This document shows positions 38,750 to 49,160 of a stretch of 64,000 bases of DNA, one piece after another. The position numbers were made by a program, and so were the translations under genes. Below the pieces are notes generated by a model, which searched no databases, had not been told where the DNA came from, and saw only the letters and a list, made by a program, of their open reading frames with translations. This DNA comes from an uncultured delta proteobacterium (lineage in GTDB: Bacteria; Myxococcota_A; Polyangia; Fen-1088): positions 320,001 through 384,000 of the forward strand of contig CAVWIP010000008.1 in the NCBI GenBank assembly GCA_963755125.1, given 5' to 3'. Position 1 is the first letter of the stretch; each line of letters begins with the position of its first letter.

Positions 38750-39726
38750 AGTGGGCGTTCTGGTTGGACCTGTACCTACGCAAGCACTGCACGGCGCGCG
38801 GACTCGCGCCACGCACGATCGCGGCGTACGAAGCCACGCTCAAGGGTGTCGTCGCCTACGTGCGCTTCCGTCTGCAGGATCGCGGACCGGATGAGCTCAC
38901 CGCGCGCGACGTCCTGGAGTACGTGGACTACCTGCGCCGCGAGCGTCACAACGGACCGGGGGCGGTGAATCGCCAGGTCACCATCCTCAAGAACATGTAT
39001 CGCGCCGTGATCGCCATGGGCCACTTCGAGCCGGACCGGAACCCGATGGCGTTCTTCCCGAAGATCAAGGCGGCGCCGGTCAAGTTGCCTGTGTTCCTCT
39101 CCGAGGAGGAGGTGCGGCGATTGCTGGGGCAACCCCGGAAGGACACCGTGCTTGGCCTGCGCGATCGAGCGTTGTACACGCTCCTTTACGGAACGGGAAT
39201 TCGCGCGTCCGAATGCGCGACACTGACCGAGGAAGACGTCGATCTCGACGAGAGCACCATCCGCGTGATCGGCAAGGGCGGCCACCAGAGGGTGCTCCCA
39301 CTCCCCGGAGAGGTGACCCACGTGCTGGAGCAGTACCGCCGGGCGCGAGGCCGCGTGACACCCGCGACACCGTTCTTCCAGAGTCGGCGCGGGCGGGGTA
39401 TGTCGCGCAACGCGATCTACGAGCGGGTGCGCACCGGCGCCCGGAAAGCGCGCATCGGCAAGCACGTCTCGCCGCACCGGCTGCGACACACGTTTGCGAC
39501 CCATCTAATAAGGAAGGGAGTCCAACTGGTCACCATTCGTGACTTGCTCGGACACCGATGCATCAGCAGCACGCAGATCTACCTGCACACGACAGCTGAA
39601 GACCTGCGACGGGCGGCGCAGGTCCACCCCGTCGAGAAGCTCGTGGAGCAGTTGCAGAGCCTGCTCCCGAACGTACGGCTGCCATTCCAGTGGCCCCCCG
39701 GGGAGAAGGTGATACCGAGACGGTGA
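38746..39726 (+). CDS. Tyrosine recombinase, trio gene C
   Basis: YGTGIRASE, GKG, HRLRHTFATH, LGH...TQIY. Confidence 0.92.
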   Translation: MKWAFWLDLYLRKHCTARGLAPRTIAAYEATLKGVVAYVRFRLQDRGPDELTARDVLEYVDYLRRERHNGPGAVNRQVTILKNMYRAVIAMGHFEPDRNPMAFFPKIKAAPVKLPVFLSEEEVRRLLGQPRKDTVLGLRDRALYTLLYGTGIRASECATLTEEDVDLDESTIRVIGKGGHQRVLPLPGEVTHVLEQYRRARGRVTPATPFFQSRRGRGMSRNAIYERVRTGARKARIGKHVSPHRLRHTFATHLIRKGVQLVTIRDLLGHRCISSTQIYLHTTAEDLRRAAQVHPVEKLVEQLQSLLPNVRLPFQWPPGEKVIPRR

Positions 39727-39929
39727 CCCCTGGCGATTGAGGAGAAGGCAGATGACCGCTAGAATCCCTGCGGCGCCGGGGAGTCATGCCCAGCGCCGTG
39801 CTCCTGGCCCCAAAAAAGGAACCGCGTAGTATCCGGTGAGCCCAATGTCCGTGCAGATCAACAGCGAACGAACAGGAGGTGAAGTCGCAAGAAGAGGTGC
39901 GCCCAAATTCTTTGGGTGTGGGTATCGAA

Positions 39930-40993
39930 CTAAATACCTCTACGACGCGAACGGAAACCGACTAACGAAGGCCACGTCGAGCGGGACGGAGTCGGGGACC
40001 TACGACAACCAGGATCGTCTGCTCACCTACGGAAAGTGGGCCTACACATACACGGCGAACGGCGAGTTGTTAACCAAGACGGATACCACCAACGGCGCGG
40101 TCACCACGTACAGCTACGACAGCCAGGGGAACCTGCGGTATGTTGCCTTGCCTGATGGACGAGTCATCGACTACGTGGTCGACGGCTTTAACCGGCGCGT
40201 AGGCAAGAAGGTCAACGGTACCCTTACGCGGCGTTGGCTCTACAAGGGCCACCTCAAGCCTGCGGCTGAATTTGATGGGTCAGGTAACCTCGTCGCACAC
40301 TACGTCGGCGGGTTGATGATCACTCCGACCAACACCTATAAGGTCGTGGCCGACCAATTGGGCACACCACGGCTGCTGGTCGACAAGACCAGCGGCGCTG
40401 TCGTCGAACGCATGGACTACGATGAGTTTGGGGAGGTCATCAACGATGTCAGCCCTGGATTCCAAGTGTTTGGGTTTGCGGGTGGGATCTACGATGTGGA
40501 CACGGGGCTGGTCCGGTTCGGAGCAAGGGACTACGACCCAGAAACGGGGAGGTGGACGTCGAAGGATCCGATCTTATTCCGTGGAGGCGATACGGCCTTG
40601 TATGGTTATGTCGTCAGCGACCCCGTAAACAGCTTCGATCCTACGGGCCTCGATTGCGGGAAGAATGACTCCAAGGATAACCAACCGGTAGAATGTGAAA
40701 ACAGAAGCCTTGGTTGCATCGTCTGTAGGCATACGGATGGCTCCATCCACAGCGCTTCGAGTGCTTGCTGGGCTCCCGGTGGACCGCTCAGCTCCGGCGG
40801 TCCCTCTGGGCCCGCAGGGGGCCCGAATGGCCCGGCTCCTCCCGCCCCGCCCGGAGGCCCGACGAGCCCGGATGATCCGGATGAGCCGCAAGGGGGATTC
40901 GGCGACCCTGAGCCCGGACCGCCACCCACCAAAACCAAGATAGATCCCGAGAAGCTTGGAAAATACGTGCGGGATATGTTTGGCTTGGATTGA
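39930..40993 (+). pseudogene. Orphan Rhs core C-terminal fragment with variable tip
   Basis: YD repeats; GFAGG.YD...ARDYDP..GRW...DP...YGYV..DPVN..DPTGL; no N-terminus. Confidence 0.85.
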
Positions 40994-41024
40994 AGTGGTG
41001 AATAGATAGTTACGCAAGGTGAGC

Positions 41025-42293
41025 TGGAGTTGACCCGATTTGTTGGACGGTTTCGTTACGCGGCTTTCTTCACTGAGTGTATCAGCTCGAATTCGATCGG
41101 GCTGTTGTAATTGAGCGCGGAATGACGGCGGCAAGGGTTGTAGAAGCCTTCGATGTACTCGCCAATCGAGATGTTGGCTGCTTCCCAGCTTTCGAGATCG
41201 TCGATGCCTTCCATCTCGCGCTTGAGGGTCGCGAAGAAGCTCTCGGCCACTCACTGTCCCAGCAGTCTCCCTTCCGGCTCATGCTGCATTCTATGCTTCC
41301 GGCTTCCAGGGCTTTGCGGTAGTCCTCGCTCGCGTACGTGCTGCCTCGATCCGAGTGATGAACCAGGCCGCTGCCGGGCTGGCGTTGGCGCAGGGCCATG
41401 GCCAGCGCCGCGAGCGCGAGGTGGCGATCGACATTCCGACTGGTCGCCCAGCCGACAACCCGCCTGGAAAACAGGTCGAGAATGACCGCGAGATACAGCC
41501 AGCCTTCCTGCGTCCGCAGAAACGTGATGTCAGTGACCCACGACTGGTTGGGACGAAGCGCGGTGGAGTTGCGCTCCAGCACATTCGGCGCGATGGAGAA
41601 GCTGTGCTTCGAGTCGGTGGTTGTGCGAAAACGACGACGACAGCGCGCCACCAGCTTGTTTTCGCGCATCAGCCTGGCCACCCGCTTGCACCCCGCCCGA
41701 TCCCCGGAAGCTTTGAGGTCGGCATGAACGCGGGGACTGCCGTATCGTCGTCGGCTCCTGTGGTGAATCGAGGCTATCCGCTCGGACAGATCCCGGTCAC
41801 GACGCGCATGCAGCGAGGCGGGCCGTCCCTGGCTGGCGTAGTAGCCACTGGGCGAAACGGCCATGACGCGGCAGAGGACGGTGATGGGGAAGGCCACCTT
41901 CTCCTCGGAGATGAACGCGAACCTCACGCGCTCTCCTTGGCGAAGAAGGTGGCCGCCCTTTGGGGGATTTCACGCTCCATGCGGAGGACTTTCACCTCGC
42001 GACGCAGATGCGAAAGTTCTTCCTTCTCGGCGGTCGTCAGGGCACCAGGAGGGCCTTTGCCCTCGTCCACGTCTGCCTGCCGACACCAGTCGTACACCAG
42101 GCTGTTTGCCGGCCTAAAGTCCTTTGCTACCTGCGCGACACTGCGTCCTGCACGGACGAGCGCCACCGTGTCTGCCTTGAACTGGCACGCGTGTGCATGC
42201 GCCGGGTTCGCTTCTTCTTTTGGTCCAACACGTGGTCACCTTTCTACGCCCATTTTCCTGAGCGCGGGTGTCCACCAAATCGGGTCAAGCCCA
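41025..42293 (-). mobile_element. IS3-family IS, copy 1 (frameshifted orfA and orfB)
   Basis: IRs TGGAGTTGACCCGATTTG / CAAATCGGGTCAAGCCCA; 3-bp TSD AGC; WVTDITF, HHSDRG. Confidence 0.92.
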
Positions 42294-42333
42294 AGCCGTC
42301 AAAGCTGCGCGGCGCGGATGAATACTGAGTCCG

Positions 42334-44406
42334 TTACTGGGCGATCGCGACAGGCAGGTCTTGCAAGGAGTTCATGACGGTGCTGGCCACCCTTCCGCGC
42401 CCGTCCAGCAAAACAAACGCGGGCAGATCTTGCACGCCGTAGCGGAACATGATCTGCCGGCCAGGATCGCGACCCACGGGACTCGGGAAACCTTCTCGGC
42501 GTGCGAAGAAGCGGTCGAGGGCGGATTCGCTATCACTAGTTATCGCCAAAATGGGAATGTCACGCCTGCTGGCCACATTCCAGACCTCTCGTGCAGCAGC
42601 CCCGCACTTCCTGCACCAGACGGACCAAAAGAAGAGAAGCAGCGGCTTCCCTGAGCCGACGGACGGCATATCACCCCGGTACGGGACCAGCTGCAATTCT
42701 GGAGCCGGCTCTCCCAACCGCAACTCGGGTTGGTTGAGAAAGTCGCTTGCAGAAGCTTGCTCCCTGATGCTGTTCACCTGAGCCAAATCCTCATCCAATG
42801 GTGGAAGTGCCGGAGCACGGGGGCCCTCGGTTGTTCTTGGCAGCTTCAGGTCGAGACCCTCGCAGTCCACAAGCTTCTGCCAAGTTGCTCGTTCCCACGG
42901 ATGCCCTTCGATATAGAGCAGTCCAGCTACAGAATTCAGCACCGTCACCATCCTCAGCAGCACAGCCGCACGAATCTTCATGTGAAAGGCAAGTTGGTAA
43001 AGTGTATCCCGCTCCTCCTTTGCCGTTTGCGCCTTCCGGTCGCCGCCCTCGTGCGGAAAGGCGGCGAGAGCTGAAGCCAGTTGCGTACCCAGCCGCGAGC
43101 GCCCGACTGCATCCATCGCCTTCAGGACCGTGGGGTCGAGTGAATCCCGCCACTCGGGCCGTGAGGCGACGAAGCGAGCGAATTCTTTGCGGTTCATCTC
43201 CTCCATCGCTCTGTTGATCTCGCTCGCAAGATGCTCAAGCGCGGCGGATTGGCCCTCCATGGAACGTCCCCACGAAGCCGCAGCAGCGCGGCTGTGTAGG
43301 GTGGGTAGGCCGAATTGGGCAGCCATCCGTTGCAAACGCTGGTCGTGGCCGGCGAATGCTGCTGGCTGTGCCCAGGCTTGTTGCAGGAGGTCGTCTACCA
43401 ATCGTGCGAGGGAGACCTGACGAGCTTGGGCAGCCTTCGCCAACAGCGCGGCCATGAACCGATCGGATGTGCGAACTGGTACGTCCGGGGTGTCGTCAGT
43501 CTCTAGTGCCAGCTCGTGCGAAAGCGCAAAGCGGCCCGCTGTCGTGGAGAGCGCCTGCAAGAAGGCGAATGAATAACCAACGTTGGACTTGTCCTGCGTT
43601 TCCGGGTAGCTCCCGTACGACATCCGGTCAGCCGTAGTCGAGAAGAATCCGCAGAATCTACCCGTGGGCTCCTTTCCGGGGATATCGATGTCGGCGAGCG
43701 CGGCGAATCCTCCCGAGTAGCATTGCGACATGAGCGCGACCACACGTACCGACGAGTCCACCGTTGCGAGCGAGTCTCGCAGCTCTCGAACCGATAGCCC
43801 CTGTCCAGGTCCGTAGCCCCATAGCGTGATCTTATTGTCCTCGACATCTGCACCACGGCTTCCGTGGTCGGTGACATAGAGGAGTAAAGTGTCGCCTGCA
43901 TGTAACTGTTGGCCTACGGTGAGCAACCAAATCGACAAGGATGCCTTCGTGGCTGGATACAGCGTGGCTCCCCGAACTTCGGAATTCCCCATAACCTGCC
44001 TGGGTGAGAAGTACTCCTCCACGGCGGTTCCGGTCAGTCTCCAGGCATCAGGGCCGAGCCCTTCCTCCCTCAGGACGAGATCGGGTTCTGGGTCATTGCC
44101 GTCCCCAGCGAGCACCGTGATTCGGTCCGACGGAACACCAGCGGTGTGCAAGAGATCCACCAGTTCCTGCAGATGCACGAGATGGGAGAAGAAGTTCTTT
44201 CGAGGAGAGGCTCCACCGTTGATGGCGAGCACGAACAAACGCGGTCGAGCGGTCTCGCCCGGCCCATCTGGCCTCGCGTCTGGCGTGCTGTTCTCGACGA
44301 GTTGTCTCTTCGTTGACATTCCCCTTGGAATCAGTTGATGCCAGGCGAGTGCGAAGAGGGCGACTATCGAGAATAGCGCCAGGATTCTGAACGGCCATGC
44401 ACGCAT
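42334..44406 (-). CDS. Clan CD (C13/caspase-like) peptidase fused to a C-terminal TlpA-like thioredoxin domain
   Basis: N-terminal TM; LLYVTDHG and LMSQCYSGGF dyad; FWSVWCRKC. Confidence 0.75.
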   Translation of the reverse strand: MRAWPFRILALFSIVALFALAWHQLIPRGMSTKRQLVENSTPDARPDGPGETARPRLFVLAINGGASPRKNFFSHLVHLQELVDLLHTAGVPSDRITVLAGDGNDPEPDLVLREEGLGPDAWRLTGTAVEEYFSPRQVMGNSEVRGATLYPATKASLSIWLLTVGQQLHAGDTLLLYVTDHGSRGADVEDNKITLWGYGPGQGLSVRELRDSLATVDSSVRVVALMSQCYSGGFAALADIDIPGKEPTGRFCGFFSTTADRMSYGSYPETQDKSNVGYSFAFLQALSTTAGRFALSHELALETDDTPDVPVRTSDRFMAALLAKAAQARQVSLARLVDDLLQQAWAQPAAFAGHDQRLQRMAAQFGLPTLHSRAAAASWGRSMEGQSAALEHLASEINRAMEEMNRKEFARFVASRPEWRDSLDPTVLKAMDAVGRSRLGTQLASALAAFPHEGGDRKAQTAKEERDTLYQLAFHMKIRAAVLLRMVTVLNSVAGLLYIEGHPWERATWQKLVDCEGLDLKLPRTTEGPRAPALPPLDEDLAQVNSIREQASASDFLNQPELRLGEPAPELQLVPYRGDMPSVGSGKPLLLFFWSVWCRKCGAAAREVWNVASRRDIPILAITSDSESALDRFFARREGFPSPVGRDPGRQIMFRYGVQDLPAFVLLDGRGRVASTVMNSLQDLPVAIAQ

Positions 44407-45016
44407 CCGTCGACCTATCTTGAACTTCTCTGCGGGCTCGATCGCAAGCCTGCACTCCAACGGGGGAAGCCCCTACTCCCCCAGAGCCGCGGCGCACTTG
44501 CGCGGCCTGTCGTCTGATTCAGTCCTCGAAGTGGTGGGTAGTAAAGAACACGGCACTCGTCGAGTCTGCGAACGTACGCAGTGAGGCAGTCGGACTCGGC
44601 CTTGGTGCGCTTGCCCTGGGCCTTGCGGATGTCGTCGCGCGACGCCGGGATAGCCTTGATGAGGAGGCCGAAAACCGTATTTGCGCCTAGAGCCTTGGCG
44701 ACCATGGTGCTCATTGTAGCCGCGATTGGCAGCGTGGGCGCGGGAGAGTGCCCGCGCCCCGCGAGCGTCCATGCCGTCTCGGCTTCGACCGCACGGGCGC
44801 CGGCTCCATCTCCTCGGTGCGGGGCTCGCAGCGCCGCGGTTCGTGCCATGGCCGCCGCGTCCCAAGCCCTGCACCTGCGCTCGTGCGCGGTTGCGCACAT
44901 GAGCGAGACCGCGCCTCGTGCTCGCTCCGGAAGCAGGACATGGTCCGCTCCATGGACCCCGTCTGGAACATGAGTTTTGAATTCGGCAATCTTATCGCGT
45001 GGAACGAAATACCCAA

Positions 45017-46774
45017 TCAACGCGCCGGCATCTGCTTTTCGGGCGGAAGCGCGGGCGGAATGGTCAAGGGGCCGACTTCGTTGGCCAACTCGACGGGATC
45101 GAGGCGGGCGCGGGTGGCGGCCCAGTACTTGGGCGCCAGCTCCAGGTAGCGGTCACGCGGCCACTGGCCGAGGATGCGGAAAAGGTCGCGCAGGTATTCC
45201 TCGGGATCGAGGCGATGGAGGCGCGCCGAGGCGATGAGGGAAAACAGGTGGCCGGCGCTGGTGCCGTGGTCGTCGCTGCCGACAAACAGCCATGCCTTTC
45301 TGCCCACGGCAATCCTGCGCAAGGCACCCTCGGAATGGTTGTTATCCAGCCGCAGTCTTCCATCGTCGAGGAAACGCATGAGCGCGGTCTTCTGGCGCGA
45401 GAGGTACCCCAAAGCGCTGCGCAGGGGGCCGCGAATGGCGCGGACTTTTTCGTATTCGACTTGCACCCATGCGAAGAAAGCCTCGACCAGCGGCCGACTG
45501 TGGAGGTTGCGCAGTCGCTTGATCTCGTCGGGCGGCTTGCCTCGCCAGGTTTTCTCCAGCGCATAGATGCGGCTGATGCGAAACAGCCCCTCGCGGGCTA
45601 TCTCGCTCTTGGTGGTAATGGCGGTCTCCCACAGGCCGCGCCGTCCGTGCGTCCAGCATCCGACTTCAAAGCGCCGATCTTCGACGGAATCCGTCGCGCC
45701 GATGCCGTCGGGCGGGCGAAACAGGATGTCGTAGACATTCTTGGCGTCAGCCTGCACGTAGCCTTTGAAGCCCTTGAACATCTCGCCGACCGCCGCACTG
45801 GTCTCGCGTGGCGTGAACTCAAAGAAGATGTGGTCGCAATCCGCGATTTGAACGAAAAAGTGACTGTGCCGGCAGGGCTGACGTTTCTTGTCACCGGTGG
45901 GAATCGGTTGCACAGCCACGCCGGTCGCGTCGGTCGACAGACAGAACGCGGTGGCCAGCGCCTCCTTGCGCGCCGCCGCGATGACCGTCGCGCCGGCCGT
46001 GGCGCCCGCATCTTCGAGCCAGCGGCACATGGTACCCCGGTCGACAGGCGTGCCGTCGCGGCCAAAGCGATCTTCAATGCGGAAAAGCGGCAATCCCTGG
46101 AGGTGCTTCTCGGCAATGACGTACGAGAGCAACGAGGGGGCGGCCAGCGAGCGCGGGAACGTCTCGTCCGGCATTGGCGCGGTTGCGATGGTGGCTTCCT
46201 TCTCGGCGTTGAGCGTGCGGTACTTCACCCGGGCAATGACCAGACGGCGATGGCCGCCGCGCTGCCAAGCCAGTTTGTAGCTTTCTTCAAATCCAATCCG
46301 TTCGGCCTTCCCGGCGCGCACCAACTCGTCGAACACCGGATCGGCGATCTCGACGCGTACTTCGGGAATTTCGACTTTGCTCAGGTTGCGACGACCAGTG
46401 GGCTTCTTCTTGTCAGTGGTCTTCGTGCCAGCGTCGGTGCTCGCGCCGGTCCCCGTGTCGCTGGGGTTGGACTCCAATCCCAGCCGGCCTGACAGAGCGT
46501 CCAGCGCCGCGAGCTTTTGTCCGAACTCCAGCTCAAGCTGGGTGCTGTCGACCCGCTCGGCCTTGGCAATGAAAATACGCCGGCGCAATAGCTCAAGGTC
46601 CTGGCGCAGACGCTCGTGTGAAGCGCGCAGATGGTCGCACTCCTGGGTGAGGTGCTCGACCAGTGCGCGGCTTTCCGCATGAGCGGCCCGCTCTGTTGCG
46701 AGCGCCGACTGCAATGCGAGCACCTGGGCAATCAGTGCATCGCTTGTCTGCGTTGCTTGCGGCGTCTCACTCAT
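45017..46774 (-). CDS. tnpC: IS66 transposase TnpC
   Basis: STDATG, QADA, CWTHGRR, DNNHSEGALR, IS66 C-terminal motif. Confidence 0.92.
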   Translation of the reverse strand: MSETPQATQTSDALIAQVLALQSALATERAAHAESRALVEHLTQECDHLRASHERLRQDLELLRRRIFIAKAERVDSTQLELEFGQKLAALDALSGRLGLESNPSDTGTGASTDAGTKTTDKKKPTGRRNLSKVEIPEVRVEIADPVFDELVRAGKAERIGFEESYKLAWQRGGHRRLVIARVKYRTLNAEKEATIATAPMPDETFPRSLAAPSLLSYVIAEKHLQGLPLFRIEDRFGRDGTPVDRGTMCRWLEDAGATAGATVIAAARKEALATAFCLSTDATGVAVQPIPTGDKKRQPCRHSHFFVQIADCDHIFFEFTPRETSAAVGEMFKGFKGYVQADAKNVYDILFRPPDGIGATDSVEDRRFEVGCWTHGRRGLWETAITTKSEIAREGLFRISRIYALEKTWRGKPPDEIKRLRNLHSRPLVEAFFAWVQVEYEKVRAIRGPLRSALGYLSRQKTALMRFLDDGRLRLDNNHSEGALRRIAVGRKAWLFVGSDDHGTSAGHLFSLIASARLHRLDPEEYLRDLFRILGQWPRDRYLELAPKYWAATRARLDPVELANEVGPLTIPPALPPEKQMPAR

Positions 46775-46852
46775 TGACGAATTTCTTGTAGCGACTTGCG
46801 ATTGATTTGTCGACCCCCTTTTGTAGAAAAGAATGCTAATTGCGTGCTGTTG

Positions 46853-47212
46853 TCAGTGCATTTGTGACCGCAGTGGAATTTGCGCCCGCGATGGCCGCTT
46901 CTCCACATCAATGCCGTCGAGCAAATCGTCCAGTGTGGCCTCGTCGACCTCAATCGTCGCAGTTTCGCCTGGACGCGGTTCGGGCAAACGGAACGTCCGA
47001 CGGTCAAGCCGCTTGTAGAACAAACACAGGCCAGAGCCGTCATGGAAAAGCACCTTGATGGCTTCCCGTCGCTTGCCGAAAAATACGAACATTGCGCTGC
47101 CGCGAGCGTCGCGCCCCATCCGTTCAGCCACCACGCCCGCCAATCGATCAAAGCTCCAGCGGAGGTCGATTGGCTCGATCCCAATGAAGATCTCGACGCC
47201 GTGGGGAATCAT
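46853..47212 (-). CDS. tnpB: IS66 accessory protein TnpB
   Basis: PIDLRWSFDRL...FVFFGKRR..IKVL.HDGSG..L..KRL. Confidence 0.92.
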   Translation of the reverse strand: MIPHGVEIFIGIEPIDLRWSFDRLAGVVAERMGRDARGSAMFVFFGKRREAIKVLFHDGSGLCLFYKRLDRRTFRLPEPRPGETATIEVDEATLDDLLDGIDVEKRPSRAQIPLRSQMH

Positions 47213-47589
47213 CGCCCACCACCCCGCGCCCTACGTGTCTCGATTTCGTCGAGCACCGCTGAAAACGTAGCGCGGTCAAACCCCGGCGGCACGGCGATGC
47301 GAATGCCCAATAGCTCGACCGACAACGACACCCTCGTCGCTTCCGCCGCCCGCTCTTGTCTGGGGCCTCGGACCAGCCGCGCTAACGGCACGCTGTCCGT
47401 CTTGGCCAGCGCCGGAGCCGGCGTTGCCACCGCTTGCGCAGCACTCGCCGCCGCTTCCGAGCGCATCTTTGCCCTCCAGTACCACAGCTGGTGCGGAGCG
47501 AAACCCCGACCCTCAGCGAATTTGACTGCGCTCAGCCCACTCGCTCGCCATTCGCTGACTCGTTCGCTCCACGTCTTTGCATTTGCCAT
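47209..47589 (-). CDS. tnpA: IS66 TnpA
   Basis: W..RV.EW..SGLS...F.......L.YWR. Confidence 0.85.
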   Translation of the reverse strand: MANAKTWSERVSEWRASGLSAVKFAEGRGFAPHQLWYWRAKMRSEAAASAAQAVATPAPALAKTDSVPLARLVRGPRQERAAEATRVSLSVELLGIRIAVPPGFDRATFSAVLDEIETRRARGGGR

Positions 47590-47947
47590 GCGCCCAAACG
47601 TGCCCTACCAAGCGACACGCTTCCAGACGGGGTCCGTGCATCGGATACGTCCGCTCCATCATCAAGGCGCCCAGCGCGACGATTTTCTCCTCGGCACCGT
47701 CGTACAGCTGCGCGCCAGAACATTCTAGAGTTTGGGCGGTGAACTGCAACAAGCGCGAAATTGCAGAAGGAATTCGCCCTGCCCTGACTTGCCTCGTTGA
47801 CCGGCGCGATCAACCCTAACGCATGGCGACCTCACCCTGCCGTCGTGTACCCAAAATCATCGACGAGAGCCAAAGCAAGTCCAGGCCGTCTTTCAGCGGT
47901 GTCCGGGACGACCAGACGGTCCGGCGCCCGCGCAGTCTTGCGAGTCC

Positions 47948-48228
47948 CTACTCATCGAGCAACCCCATGACGGCGAGCAGGACCTTGCGCAGCTCGCGCG
48001 GTTCATGCTGCTCGGCCCAAGCACGCCAGGCGTCCGCAAGCCCGCTGGCCACAGGATCTGCGGCTTCAGAATTCTGGCTGTGCGTAGCCAGAATGTGACG
48101 TTCCGGGACGCTTCCTGACGTTTCCTGACGTTCCAACTCCGCTAAATCATTGAAATCATGAGCGTCTCGCTGGATTGAGGTGCTAGCGGTTAACAGCCAT
48201 GGGGGTTCAAGTCCCCCTCCTCGCACTG
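47948..48228. repeat. Element-end arm plus att core copy 2 (core 48175-48226)
   Basis: ~280 bp near-identical to the reverse complement of 59091-59371; tandem TTCCTGACG repeats at 48112-48130. Confidence 0.92.
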
Positions 48229-48231
48229 CGG

Positions 48232-48258
48232 AACCCCTTGGAAGTAATGGGGTTTTTT
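48232..48258 (+). terminator. Intrinsic terminator-like hairpin after att copy 2
   Basis: AACCCC...GGGGTT followed by a T-run. Confidence 0.5.
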
Positions 48259-48278
48259 AATCCCCTACCCTGCTGACT

Positions 48279-49160
48279 CTATGCAGCTCTCGGCTTAGCG
48301 GTAACCACTTTCCGACCCCTGGTTACCGCTTTTTGACCACCCTGCAGCACCTGGAGATTGCTTCTCAGGTTTGCGTTCTCCAGCACCTCCCGATCTACGT
48401 AGTGACGTTTGGTAACACTGAACGAGGTGTGACCCAGGGCCTTGGCCACCACCTGCCCGGTGGCTCCAAAACCTGCAGCAAGTGTGCTGTGCAACCCCCG
48501 CATCGAGTGGGCACAGACAACCGGTAGACCAGCACTCTTGCAGAGCGACCTGGTTCGACGAAGCAAAGCATCAAGTCGTTGCTTCCGTTCATTCCCGCAG
48601 GGCTTGGGAAACACAGCCTTGAACTCGAACAAGAAATCCTCCGGCTGACGGTCTTTGGTGAGGCCCTGGAGGAATGGTCGGAACACCTTTGCCACTTCCA
48701 CCGCACGCTTGCCTGCCTCGGTCTTTGACTTCTCCACCCACAGCACGGTGCCATCTGCATCCAGGTCCCTGATCTGCAGGCCCATGATTTCCCCAGGACG
48801 AAGACCTGTGTAGACCATAGCGGCACAGGCGAGAGCCAGAGGATCATCCGAGTTCTTCAACGCCTCTTCCACGAACCTCTTGGCTTCATCTATGTGCAGC
48901 TGCTTCTTGCCCCGCTTCTTCCTCCCCTCTACCTCAACGTCCACCAAGGGGTCTCGCTTGAGCAACCCGGCCTTCATGACGTAGCTCACCAAGCCGTTGG
49001 CAGCTGCTCGAATTCCGAACTGGCTGTCTGCTGACTGCGTTACCACGTGCTCGGACCAAGCCCTCCTCCATGGGAACGCCTCAACCGGTACCAGGTCTCG
49101 TCCTTGGATGACCGTCCCCAGCCTGTAGCCAAGGGTCTTGATGGTGGATGCTCTGAGGCT
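48279..49160 (-). pseudogene. Tyrosine integrase (Int3), 5' end cut off by IS3
   Basis: YTGLRPGE, KTEAG, AHSMRGLH, LGH...TKRHY; abuts the IS3 IR at 49161. Confidence 0.85.

Larger units (their letters stand above)
36713..39873 (+). mobile_element. Recombinase-in-trio (RIT)-like element
   Basis: Three overlapping tyrosine recombinase genes; imperfect terminal IR GTTCAGTTCACGGCGATCTG / CAGATCAACAGCGAACGAAC. Confidence 0.7.
44943..47648 (-). mobile_element. IS66-family IS
   Basis: tnpA/B/C order; IRs ...GGACCCCGTCTGGAA / TTCCAGACGGGGTCCGTGCATCGGATAC; GTCCGCTC at both ends. Confidence 0.9.
4524..48226. mobile_element. Composite genomic island 1 in tRNA-Leu
   Basis: Bounded by direct 52-bp att copies, integrase at left end, accessory cargo. 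Confidence 0.8.

Noticed and set aside
47948..48226. 92-aa ORF (and its twin 59093-59371) as a real gene
   Set aside because: It starts inside the antisense tRNA att core; the similarity is explained by DNA duplication.
48175..48226. Second and third tRNA genes
   Set aside because: Only the 3' half is present; the 5' acceptor strand and D-arm are missing.
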